Positions 47,601-55,147 of a stretch of 64,000 nucleotides of DNA are shown here, piece by piece. The notes below the pieces were generated by a model. It was not told where the DNA came from. It did no database searches and saw nothing but the letters and a program-made list of their open reading frames with translations. The stretch lies in IMG/VR virus record IMGVR_UViG_3300036823_000324, positions 1 to 64,000 of that record; one strand, 5' to 3'. A program made the translations under genes and the position numbers. Origin of the DNA: a virus. Position 1 is the stretch's first letter, and each line of letters starts with the position of its first letter.

Positions 47601-49188
47601 CGGCGGCGATGTCGGCCGCCATCAGCCTTTTCTCGCTGACCTCGTGCTTCTCGAGCCCTAGCAGCGGCGCGCCCAGGAGGCCGCCGACGATCGTCCCCGG
47701 CACGCCGCCGAACATGCCGCCGATCGAGGCGCCCGCGATGCCGCCGCCGAGGCCTCCGCCACCGGCGGCGTGGCCGAGCAGCAGCGAGCCGCCGACCGTG
47801 GTCAGGACGCTCAGCGCCTCCGGTGAGACGCCGGCCAGGCTCTGCAGCACCTTGGCGATGTTTTCCATCAGGTTGAGGGCCAGTTTCAGGCCGCTCGAGG
47901 CGCCGAAGAAGAGCCCCGCGGAGTGGGCGAGGTCGCCGAGGATGTTGACGAAGCGCGGCGTGTATTCGGTGGCCTCGCCGATGAAGTGGGTGAATTTCGG
48001 GATCGTCGATTCGGCGAGGTGGTCGAGGATGTAGGTCGCCGACGTCCCGCTGCGCCCCTGGCCCAGTTTGAGGATGCCTTCACCGAGCGCGTCGAAGTCC
48101 ATCACCAGCCCGTGCACCAGCGGCTGGGCGTTCTGGGAGAAGGTTTCGATCTGGGATATGCCTTTCGCGGAGTCGGCCCATTCGGCTTTGCTCCCGAGCC
48201 AGCCGGCGAGGCTGCCGCCGAGGGTGCGCGCGAGGGGCGAGAAGTCGGCGGCGAGCGAGGCGCCCAGATGCGCCGCCTCGCCGATCACCTTCACCAGCAC
48301 TTCGCTGGTGGGGGCCAGCTGGGTGATCCAGCGTTCGAAGTCGTTTTTGCCCTGTTTGGAGCCGAAGAATCCCTCGAGCCCTTTCACACTCCGGTCGACG
48401 ACGGGGAAGAAGGCGTCCCAGGCGCGCGTCGCCGCCGGCAGCCCGGTCGACTCCATCCATTTCAGGGAGGTGTTGATCAGCGCGAACTCTTCGGTCCCGC
48501 GCGGCCCTTTGGTGAAGGTGGATTCGTACTGGTTCTGTACGCCTTTGAAGTTTTTGACGGTTTCGACCGCCTGGGGACTGACACCTTTACCCAGGCGTGC
48601 GAGTTCCTGTCTCTGGGCGGCGGTCATGTGACCGCCATAGCGTTTTTCGTATTCGGCCAGTTCGTTGGCTTTGCCGAGCGATTTCCCTAACGGGTAGGCG
48701 CCGAACGCCGTCGCCCCATAGAGGCCGAAGAGGGACCCGTAGGCGCTGAGCCCGGCGCCGGCCAGCGGCAGGGCCTGTCCGGCCGCGCCGCCGACGGATC
48801 CGAGCAGCGCCGCGGCGCCCTGGACGAGCGGCGGCGCAAAGAGGCCGCCGATGCCGAAGAGGCCGGTGCCGATCCGGCCGCCCGCGCCATGGCCAGAGCT
48901 CTGGCCGCGCACCGCTCCCGACATGCCGCCCCCGCTGCCCATCGCGTCGAGAGCCAGTTTGGTCTCGAAGGCGTCGTCGCGGGTTTTTTTCATCTCCCGC
49001 TGGACGACGCCGAGCTCGGTTTTCATCTTGCCGGCGAGCTTCGCCGTCGCATCGTTGCGGCCGAGCTCGTCGATCTGGCGGTCGAGCGCTCCTACAGCCC
49101 GTTCCGTTTTGTCGGAGCTGACCGAGATTTTGTCCAGTTTGGACGAAATATCGTCGCGGAGGGAGAAGACGGCTTCGACGCGCACCAC
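44692..49188 (-). CDS. Tape measure protein with C-terminal NlpC/P60 peptidase
   Basis: 1498 aa, Ala/Gly-rich helical; KPYLWGGGH...DCSG...HVY between FAxGGRV motifs. Confidence 0.88.
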   Translation of the reverse strand: MVRVEAVFSLRDDISSKLDKISVSSDKTERAVGALDRQIDELGRNDATAKLAGKMKTELGVVQREMKKTRDDAFETKLALDAMGSGGGMSGAVRGQSSGHGAGGRIGTGLFGIGGLFAPPLVQGAAALLGSVGGAAGQALPLAGAGLSAYGSLFGLYGATAFGAYPLGKSLGKANELAEYEKRYGGHMTAAQRQELARLGKGVSPQAVETVKNFKGVQNQYESTFTKGPRGTEEFALINTSLKWMESTGLPAATRAWDAFFPVVDRSVKGLEGFFGSKQGKNDFERWITQLAPTSEVLVKVIGEAAHLGASLAADFSPLARTLGGSLAGWLGSKAEWADSAKGISQIETFSQNAQPLVHGLVMDFDALGEGILKLGQGRSGTSATYILDHLAESTIPKFTHFIGEATEYTPRFVNILGDLAHSAGLFFGASSGLKLALNLMENIAKVLQSLAGVSPEALSVLTTVGGSLLLGHAAGGGGLGGGIAGASIGGMFGGVPGTIVGGLLGAPLLGLEKHEVSEKRLMAADIAAGGMLSSARGISKLRGGSLVPSLGRTAVEGAAFNAAPAAGGGVLSRIRAAFRPVPTIPQSVTAYSSEDLLRAAASRQAASGEFGEGAALATSGLFGAGTGAATTSAGRGLLGRLLSPFWGAGEEGGAAALTGLGGAAAGLAPLALGLIDPSIYNGVLGERGLGGSAHPGPAGMFGNNGYGMLGNRTKAFQDVLSGFSLFPSGEEGKRELLPQRSGAAERQITTQWKQRREELAPMVKEYDHLTKAIEKQAGHEKRQNELVEKRKSLIQSIAAIEPTLVHYNPITGVAENFNKKQGERQAFGVEAGVPGAKLLGGIRASEGLVKAERAERTLRARLQKEGITGKPLQEAMYAARTGNVGEVSVLGRQFENVFGRGAGNPLKQFGSTWRNIGGTASQFSHELGQISGPLEHFEKELEGVTVGDIHGGKLPGTGTIKKLLHSSNRKEQRDGEEAAQFYMKGVVNHLGLKGGEATKVRHEMASLLGFHPAAAAGKNAPVGAGVHAGGFGLSFGGGLVKSSAEQIESKAGELKKAGQKASESFAEGLGSNQSSHEAARATEPVIKGMLYGASPGGLVSHETQEAAQKGGATISSQYALGIQSKEGAVRNAAQRLVKAAFGALNTVPGGSKGGGTMPQPEVGAGGGGGKGKRRGGRAGFASGGRVGGAAFAAGQTEGGSLDTAILRSLRSRIDEEAQAGGGPKMAALIANGNRMTSLRKPYLWGGGHGATASRDGAWDCSGGTTELFDGAGWNFPPMVSGGFMNWERPGKGAATVLASPDHVYSVLKTRGGPKAIGTSASNPGEGYGWISDYTYRPGFSERHANLGLTGGVSSTRMAGKGQKQKKGFAAGGRVPGMRTPEDSVDISVSPKEFVVTDDGERQLERMTFPGVLNWLEGEQRPHFRAGGRPSPEVLRHGTATPGTGSGGVKIEINGPVSIGSHEDLDEFAKELVAAVRREMQNHPEGGGEFTHLTGPTV

Positions 49189-49297
49189 CTGATCTTCGCA
49201 GTGACCGCGGGCGCCTTCCAGTCGAAGGAGGGCGGGGCGGCCCCCTATGAGCGCCCCGCCCTCTATGCCACCCGGCGGCGCGAGTCTAGCCGCCTGC

Positions 49298-49560
49298 TCA
49301 GTCGCCTTCGCTCAGCGTGTCGAGCAGGATCGGCATCTTCACCTCGGCGCCCATCGCTTCGGCGAGGAGCGCCGTCTCGCCGCGGTCTTTGTCCTCGATC
49401 CAGTAGGCCATCGCGTAGAGGAGCGTGCGGTAGGCCCGCGGTTCCGGGTGTGGCGGGATCTCCACCACGCCCACGTTCCACAGCTCGTACGGGTCGAGGC
49501 TGAAGTGTTTGGCGCAGAGGGCGAGAGCCTGGGCCTCACCAGACTCCGCCAGGATTATTT
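49298..49560 (-). CDS. Tail assembly chaperone frameshift extension (gpGT-like)
   Basis: Open -1 frame KIILAESGEAQALALC... begins at GCA AAA TAA, with no start or RBS of its own. Confidence 0.65.
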
Positions 49561-50298
49561 TGCCCGTTCGAGCGCCCCGTCCGCCCAACCCGAGATGTCG
49601 GTCACGACCTGCATCAGCTGGTCTATCTCGCCGGCCAGGAACCACTTCTGGATCACATGGTGCGGCGTCGGCGTCTCTTTGCTCGCGAGTCGCTTGTCGG
49701 TCATGTCGGGCTTCAACATCGACCGGATGACGGAGATCCGCTTCACCATCGACTGATCGGTGAGGTAGTCGCCGGCGCCGATGATCTTCTCCTGCTTGGT
49801 CGATTTCCGCCGGCAGTTTTTCTCGATCTGGACGTACTCGTCTTCGCCGAGCCCGCGGAGCGTCACCCAGAATTCGGGTCTGTCGGAGGGAGCCTCACGA
49901 TGCCCTTCCTCGATTTCCTCGGCCTCGAGGCGTTCGGCGAAGGCCACCATGTTGACGTCCTGGGTCGTCGGCTCCGGTGCCGCTTTGACGCTGAGCATCC
50001 GATCGAGGGCCCCGTTGGCGGCTTTCGAGCGTTCATCCTGGGTAATGCCAGGATCGCGGATCTTGTCCTGCTCGCGGTTGGCGACCCGGGTGCCGTCCTC
50101 GTCGTCGGGGAGATCCTCGGACTGCGGCTCCTTGGGCTCGAGCGGTGGACCCTGCCAGCCCAGCGACGCGGCCTGCATCGGGCTGATCTCGGCGCCCTCG
50201 CTGTAGAGCTTGCCGCCTCGTTCTTCGACCTGGTCGCCGTCGGCCGGGCCGATCGGCTCTTTCGTGGATATGGCACCTGCGCCGGGGTCCTCGGGCAT
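49555..50298 (-). CDS. Tail assembly chaperone (XkdN-like)
   Basis: Between tube and tape measure; LKPDMTDKRL...FLAGEIDQL....ISGW; AGGAGG RBS. Confidence 0.8.
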   Translation of the reverse strand: MPEDPGAGAISTKEPIGPADGDQVEERGGKLYSEGAEISPMQAASLGWQGPPLEPKEPQSEDLPDDEDGTRVANREQDKIRDPGITQDERSKAANGALDRMLSVKAAPEPTTQDVNMVAFAERLEAEEIEEGHREAPSDRPEFWVTLRGLGEDEYVQIEKNCRRKSTKQEKIIGAGDYLTDQSMVKRISVIRSMLKPDMTDKRLASKETPTPHHVIQKWFLAGEIDQLMQVVTDISGWADGALERAK

Positions 50299-50445
50299 CT
50301 GTCCTCCTAGGGGGTGGGTTGGCGGCGCCAGCCTACCCCTCGACTGCGGACGGCTACCTCGGGCTGCCCTTCAGGCCCGTCGTTTCCTGTGCGTTGCCCC
50401 AGATCAGAAGCGCCCACGCCGGCCAGCGGACGGCGCCGCGCGGCG

Positions 50446-51030
50446 TCAGGAGAATTCGCCGGGGAGCGGCAGGACCGGGTCGGCGTCTTCGCCGGCGGCC
50501 GGGTAGGTGAATTCGCCTTCGGGGGACGCGCCGTAGAGGTTGCCCGGGCGGGCGATCCCCTCGACCAGGTGCTCGGTGTTCCAGGTCATCGGCAGGTCCC
50601 GTTCGAGCATCGTGTTCTGGGTGAAACCGATCGGCAGCTCCCAGAATTTGATGCCGAAGAGCATCAGTTCCTCCGAGCCCCACGATTCCGGGTCGGCGAG
50701 TTTGACGAGGAGTTCGAGGTCCTGGAAGACCGGCTCGCCTTTGCCGCGGGCTTCGCGCATTTCCTGCGCGGTCATGTTCGCGTACTTGAGCATCCAGCTC
50801 TCGAAGCGGGAGTCGACCTTCAGCAGCGAGACGGAACCGGAACGGGTGATGCGGCCGCGGCGGTAGACCTGGGTGTTGGAGCCCGAGCGCGGCAAAGCCT
50901 GCTGGGCGATCGCGACCGTGCCGGTGATCCCCTTGAGGTCGGCCTGCACGTGGCCGTTCATGAAGATCTGACCCCAGTTCCCGTCGATCGCGCGCTCCTC
51001 GATCGCGGCGACAGATGCGCTCGCAGCCAT
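50446..51030 (-). CDS. Tail tube protein (XkdM-like)
   Basis: IDGNWGQIFMNG...GSVSLLKVDS...KLADPESWGSE...ERDLPMTW. Confidence 0.85.
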   Translation of the reverse strand: MAASASVAAIEERAIDGNWGQIFMNGHVQADLKGITGTVAIAQQALPRSGSNTQVYRRGRITRSGSVSLLKVDSRFESWMLKYANMTAQEMREARGKGEPVFQDLELLVKLADPESWGSEELMLFGIKFWELPIGFTQNTMLERDLPMTWNTEHLVEGIARPGNLYGASPEGEFTYPAAGEDADPVLPLPGEFS

Positions 51031-51043
51031 TCCTCAGCCCCCC

Positions 51044-52582
51044 TTATCCGCCGCTCAACGCGACGCTGTTGAAGATCCGCTTCACGATGCCCTGGAAGGC
51101 GATGCCGTAGCGAAGGTAGACGCCATCGCCGACCTGCACGAACCGTTCATCGAATTCGACCGAGCTCGTCCCCGATTCCAGCGCGCCGCTGACCTCGAGC
51201 GCCTGCAGGAATTTCAGGAACGCGCCCTTGAGCGTGTTGCGGCCGGTCTTGTTGTTGAGCAGGGTGCCCAGGTAACTCGCGCCCGAGACTTCGGTCAGCG
51301 TGTTCTCGATGAAGTGGCAGATCGCCGAGTTGCGGATGTCCTTCAACTCGACCGGCCGTTCGTCCTCATCGGTCGTGAGCAGCGCAGTGTTGCCGTTGTC
51401 GATCGCGATCTGGGTGGTGGTGGTGTTGGCGAACACCACCACGCCACTTTCACCCGCCTTTTCATAGTTGGCCGGGGTGAGGGGGTTGTTCACCTGGTAG
51501 CCGGTGAGGCGGATGTTGAAGATCGACCGCGTGATGCCGACCCGTGCCACGACGCCCGCGATTTTCGAGGCGATCTGCGCCGTCGAGAACACCGCGTTGT
51601 CGCTGAGGCGCCGAAGGTCGGTGGCGCCGACGTTGATCAGGTCGACCGCGACGTTGTGGTACGTGTATTCGCCGTTGGTGTTTTTGCCGTCGGAGTAGCC
51701 CGTACCCGAGGCCGGCGGCACCGAGCCGGCGGCCAGCCGTTCCTTTGCTTCGGTCAGGGTCTCGGCGGCGGCGCCGCCGATGACGCCGAAGGTGCGGATC
51801 CCGGCCTCGTTTCGTTCCTTGAGCCAGGCGACGAAGGCGTCCATCGTCGGTTTGTCGGTGTTGTCGGCGAGAGCGATCGTTTCGAACGCCTGGTTCTGCA
51901 TCGTCGCCAGGGCGTTCGTGGTGTCTTCGAGCGCCGTGGTGAGGCCGGAGTTGCCTTCGACGAACCCGCCGGCACCGCTGATCACGCCGACGATGTTGAC
52001 CAGCGCGCGGGCGCTGGAACCTTCGATCGCGGCGGTCACGTATTCGGAGGGGAACAGTTCGTTGATCGCCGTGACGAAGTTGTTGTTCAGCCCTTCTTTG
52101 ACGTTTTCCCAGCGCTCGAGTTCGACGCCGCTCTCGAACAGGATCAGGTCTTTGTTTTCGGATTTCACCGCATTGGTCTGGACGACCACGGTGAAGTTGT
52201 TGGCGCGGGCACCGGGGTACTTCGCGGTCAGCTTGAGGGCCACCCCGGCGCTCGAGTCTTTGAGTACCACTTTCCCGGCTTTCGCCGCCGTGCCGGCGAT
52301 CCGCATCGAGAGGACGCGCGTGGCGCCGCCCCCGTCGAAGCCTTCGAGCATGGACAGGACCGATTCGCGCAACGTGCCGTTCTGGCTCCCGCTGTAGAGC
52401 AGTTCGAGCAACGCCGCGCTGTTGATTTCTTCGACGTGCCCGACCGGACCCCAGTCCGCGGTGCCGATCGTCGCACCGACGCCGACGCTGCCACCGCTGA
52501 TGGCGGTCTGGAGGGCCGCCATGAAGTTGAAGTAGATCCCACCCCGCGTCGGAGGCTTCGACGGGTTCCATTTGCCAGGCAT
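51044..52582 (-). CDS. Tail sheath protein
   Basis: RGGIYFNF, ADWGPV, AKYPGARAN, YLGTLLNNKTGR. Confidence 0.92.
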   Translation of the reverse strand: MPGKWNPSKPPTRGGIYFNFMAALQTAISGGSVGVGATIGTADWGPVGHVEEINSAALLELLYSGSQNGTLRESVLSMLEGFDGGGATRVLSMRIAGTAAKAGKVVLKDSSAGVALKLTAKYPGARANNFTVVVQTNAVKSENKDLILFESGVELERWENVKEGLNNNFVTAINELFPSEYVTAAIEGSSARALVNIVGVISGAGGFVEGNSGLTTALEDTTNALATMQNQAFETIALADNTDKPTMDAFVAWLKERNEAGIRTFGVIGGAAAETLTEAKERLAAGSVPPASGTGYSDGKNTNGEYTYHNVAVDLINVGATDLRRLSDNAVFSTAQIASKIAGVVARVGITRSIFNIRLTGYQVNNPLTPANYEKAGESGVVVFANTTTTQIAIDNGNTALLTTDEDERPVELKDIRNSAICHFIENTLTEVSGASYLGTLLNNKTGRNTLKGAFLKFLQALEVSGALESGTSSVEFDERFVQVGDGVYLRYGIAFQGIVKRIFNSVALSGG

Positions 52583-52585
52583 CGA

Positions 52586-52930
52586 CTAGCTCTCCTTCGT
52601 CGTCGTCGGGGTGTGGGCCAGCAGCGCTTCGATCGCGGTGCGGGCGTCGTCGACGGTCATGAAGTCGGCGCCGGCGTGGCGGATCGCGGTGGAGACGATG
52701 TAACCGGGCTGGCCGAAGAGCTCGTCGCCATGTTCGACCAGCTGCTGGGCGCTGAGCAGATCGGGGGCGTAGCCCTCCTCGACCTGGTCGGCCACCGGGG
52801 CCTCCGCGACGGGGGCTGCGTCTGCCGGCGGTGCCGACACCGCGGGCGCCTTGCCGGTGACGGGAGTCTGTTTCTGCTCGTCGCTGTTCTCCTGCACGGC
52901 GCCTGCTTTCGTGTCGCGATCCTCAGCCAT
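52586..52930 (-). CDS. Small protein before the sheath
   Basis: AGGAG RBS; ELFGQPGYIV...MTVDDAR.AIEALL. Confidence 0.6.
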   Translation of the reverse strand: MAEDRDTKAGAVQENSDEQKQTPVTGKAPAVSAPPADAAPVAEAPVADQVEEGYAPDLLSAQQLVEHGDELFGQPGYIVSTAIRHAGADFMTVDDARTAIEALLAHTPTTTKES

Positions 52931-52938
52931 CCCCGCTC

Positions 52939-53538
52939 CTAGTGGATGCTCGGTTTGAGCCCGATGCTCTTGACTGCCGGCACGTGCTGGGTGCCCCGAC
53001 GCCTGCCGGCCTTGACCCGCAGGTTCATCGAGCGTTGCCACATTCCCTGCTCGTTCGTTTCGGCCAGTTCCATCTGCACGGAGTCTGGCACCACCTGCAT
53101 CCATCGCGCAAGGCGTGCGTCAAGGTCGAAAGCCCACAGCGGGATCCGGTACGGGGCAAAGAGCGGCGACGATCCCTCGCTGATCATCCGCCGCATCCGT
53201 TCGCCCAGCGAGAAGGTCTCGTCGTAGTCGTCGCCGTAGGCGGTCAGCACGAACGAATGTTCGACCTGGTAGTTGGTCGAGGCCAGGTTCTCGGTGATCC
53301 GAGGGATGACCGGTAGCTGGCGGACGGTCACCGCCGGCCGTTTGAAGGTGCCGATGATCGGCTCGACGAAGACGAAGGGTTCGCCCGGCCCCGGGTCGGT
53401 GTCGTCGTCGGTCGCCGGCGAGAGTTCCCGCTTCAGCCAGCGACGGACGCTCTTGATGTCGTCGGGGTCGTTGTAGCCGTAGAGGATGCCGCTGCTCTGG
53501 GTGGCGATCGCGACGAAGTTGCGTTCGAGGGTGGTCAT
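52939..53538 (-). CDS. Tail terminator
   Basis: Position; FKRPAVTVR, RIPLWAFD. Confidence 0.65.
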   Translation of the reverse strand: MTTLERNFVAIATQSSGILYGYNDPDDIKSVRRWLKRELSPATDDDTDPGPGEPFVFVEPIIGTFKRPAVTVRQLPVIPRITENLASTNYQVEHSFVLTAYGDDYDETFSLGERMRRMISEGSSPLFAPYRIPLWAFDLDARLARWMQVVPDSVQMELAETNEQGMWQRSMNLRVKAGRRRGTQHVPAVKSIGLKPSIH

Positions 53539-53602
53539 CTGCTCAGGAATAATTTCGGCGAATATTCACGGTCATATTTGACGGCCCGATTTCCATCCGA
53601 TC

Positions 53603-54079
53603 TCAGTGGAAAATCACGGCCATCGTCGCTTCGGCCTCGATTTTCATGCGGAACTCGGCGGCGACCAGGCCGCGCTCGAACATGTGGACACCGGTCGTGC
53701 CGGGGTGGTTGACGCTGCGGGCGAAGTGCAGCTGCGCGTCGGTCCAGTAGCGCAGGACCGTCTTCGAGCCCGGCCGTGGGATCGGGTGGGCCCGGGTGCC
53801 CTTGTCGACGTAGCCGGCGTGACCGTTGTCGCTGAATGCGCCGGCGACCCAGACGCCGCGTTCTTCTTTGGGCGGCAGTGGCTTGACCGAGTCGTAGAGC
53901 TCGGTCGACGGGCCCTCGTCGTCGCCGGTCTCCGGGTCGATGATCCGGCCTTTGGGGGTCCGGCGCTTGACCTCGTCGGCGACGACGGCCGAGGTTTTCT
54001 TCGCGAGTTTGGGGAGGGCGCCTTTCCAGGCCTCTTTCATCTTCTCGACGTCGCGGCTGATGCTGCCCGTGACCGACAC
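53603..54079 (-). CDS. HK97 gp10-like tail completion protein
   Basis: EVKRRTP...YVDKGTRAH...VNHPGT.G.HMFERG. Confidence 0.8.
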   Translation of the reverse strand: MSVTGSISRDVEKMKEAWKGALPKLAKKTSAVVADEVKRRTPKGRIIDPETGDDEGPSTELYDSVKPLPPKEERGVWVAGAFSDNGHAGYVDKGTRAHPIPRPGSKTVLRYWTDAQLHFARSVNHPGTTGVHMFERGLVAAEFRMKIEAEATMAVIFH

Positions 54080-54490
54080 CTACATCTCCTCGTACTCGTG
54101 CGTGGTGACGTGGTAGAGGGGGATCTCGCCCCACGCCGCCAGGCGCGGTTCCACGGTCCCGGTGACGTGGCAGATGAAGTAGGTGACCCCTTCCCGCTGG
54201 ACGTGGATCTTGTCCGCCGTCTGCGGTTTGACGTCGGAGGCGATCGCCAGCTCGCGCGTGTCGGTCTGGGTGGTGCGGTCAGGCTGGCGCTCCTGCTCGG
54301 AGGTCGGCTGCGAGAGCTTGGCGGCGTAGGGCCCGTAGACCGCTTCGGCCTCGAGCGGCGTGCCGTCTTCGGTGCCGACGAGCTCCTCGAGCCGCACCAG
54401 CCATGCCTGGTCGGACATCCAGTCCTCGACCGACCCGCGGATCACCGGGAAGATCCGCGGGCGCGATTTCATCGGGCCCACGGCGCGCAT
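54080..54490 (-). CDS. Head closure (stopper) protein
   Basis: Position; DVKPQTADKIHV. Confidence 0.55.
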   Translation of the reverse strand: MRAVGPMKSRPRIFPVIRGSVEDWMSDQAWLVRLEELVGTEDGTPLEAEAVYGPYAAKLSQPTSEQERQPDRTTQTDTRELAIASDVKPQTADKIHVQREGVTYFICHVTGTVEPRLAAWGEIPLYHVTTHEYEEM

Positions 54491-55119
54491 CAGCGGAAGG
54501 GACCGGCCGGCCAGTAGCCGATCTGGTTGAAGAGCGCGCCGCGGTCTTCCCAGTTCCCCGGGTACTCGGGATCGTCGGCGTCGTAGATGATGTCGAAGAC
54601 CTGCAGGAAGGGTTCGTCGGCCTCTTTTTCGAGTAGCGCTTCCGCCAGTTCCCGGCGTTTGAGCAGCCGGTCGAAGACGCTGACGACGTCGTACTTCTCG
54701 TCGCCCGAGCCGAAGTTCTGGCCGACGGTGACCCCCATCAGGATCGAGTCGACGGCGTAGATCAGCGCCTGGTAGGTGACCGTGACCGGCGTCGTCCACT
54801 TGTCTTCGCCACGTTCGAGGTAGAAGGCGAGCTCGTTGTCGGTCCAGGTCAACCGCGCGTATTCGATCTGGATCAGCGCATCCTTTTCGGGGCTCACGGA
54901 GAAGGAGATCCGCCGTTCCTCTTCGACCGTGTAGTCGACGCCCTCGGTCTTCGGTTCGCCGTTCACGAACACGCGGCTCGTGCCTTCGCTGACCGGCGGG
55001 TTGTTGAGGAAGAAGATCCTCTCGGCGCCGCTCGCCACGGCCGTCTCGTTCAGGTAGCGCGGTTCGTCCTCGAGGAGTTTCCGCAGCCACTGGATGTTGG
55101 TCAACGGGGTGTAGGCCAC
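54490..55119 (-). CDS. Head-tail adaptor
   Basis: IQWLRKLLED...WTDNELAFYL with an inserted beta domain; leaderless start. Confidence 0.6.
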   Translation of the reverse strand: MAYTPLTNIQWLRKLLEDEPRYLNETAVASGAERIFFLNNPPVSEGTSRVFVNGEPKTEGVDYTVEEERRISFSVSPEKDALIQIEYARLTWTDNELAFYLERGEDKWTTPVTVTYQALIYAVDSILMGVTVGQNFGSGDEKYDVVSVFDRLLKRRELAEALLEKEADEPFLQVFDIIYDADDPEYPGNWEDRGALFNQIGYWPAGPFR

Positions 55120-55147
55120 GCTGTGACGGTACTGCGGCAGCCAGCCG

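Noticed and set aside
49190-49290. TAGACT plus a 12-bp hairpin before the tape measure gene as another small RNA
   Set aside because: A single hairpin; an attenuating terminator explains it adequately.
50310-50445. Small ORF between the tube and chaperone genes
   Set aside because: No RBS or coding signal; the region holds a TAGGCT promoter candidate for the chaperone.
34329-53538. Tailocin or extracellular contractile injection system
   Set aside because: Capsid, protease, head-tail joining and replication genes are contiguous, so this is a phage.
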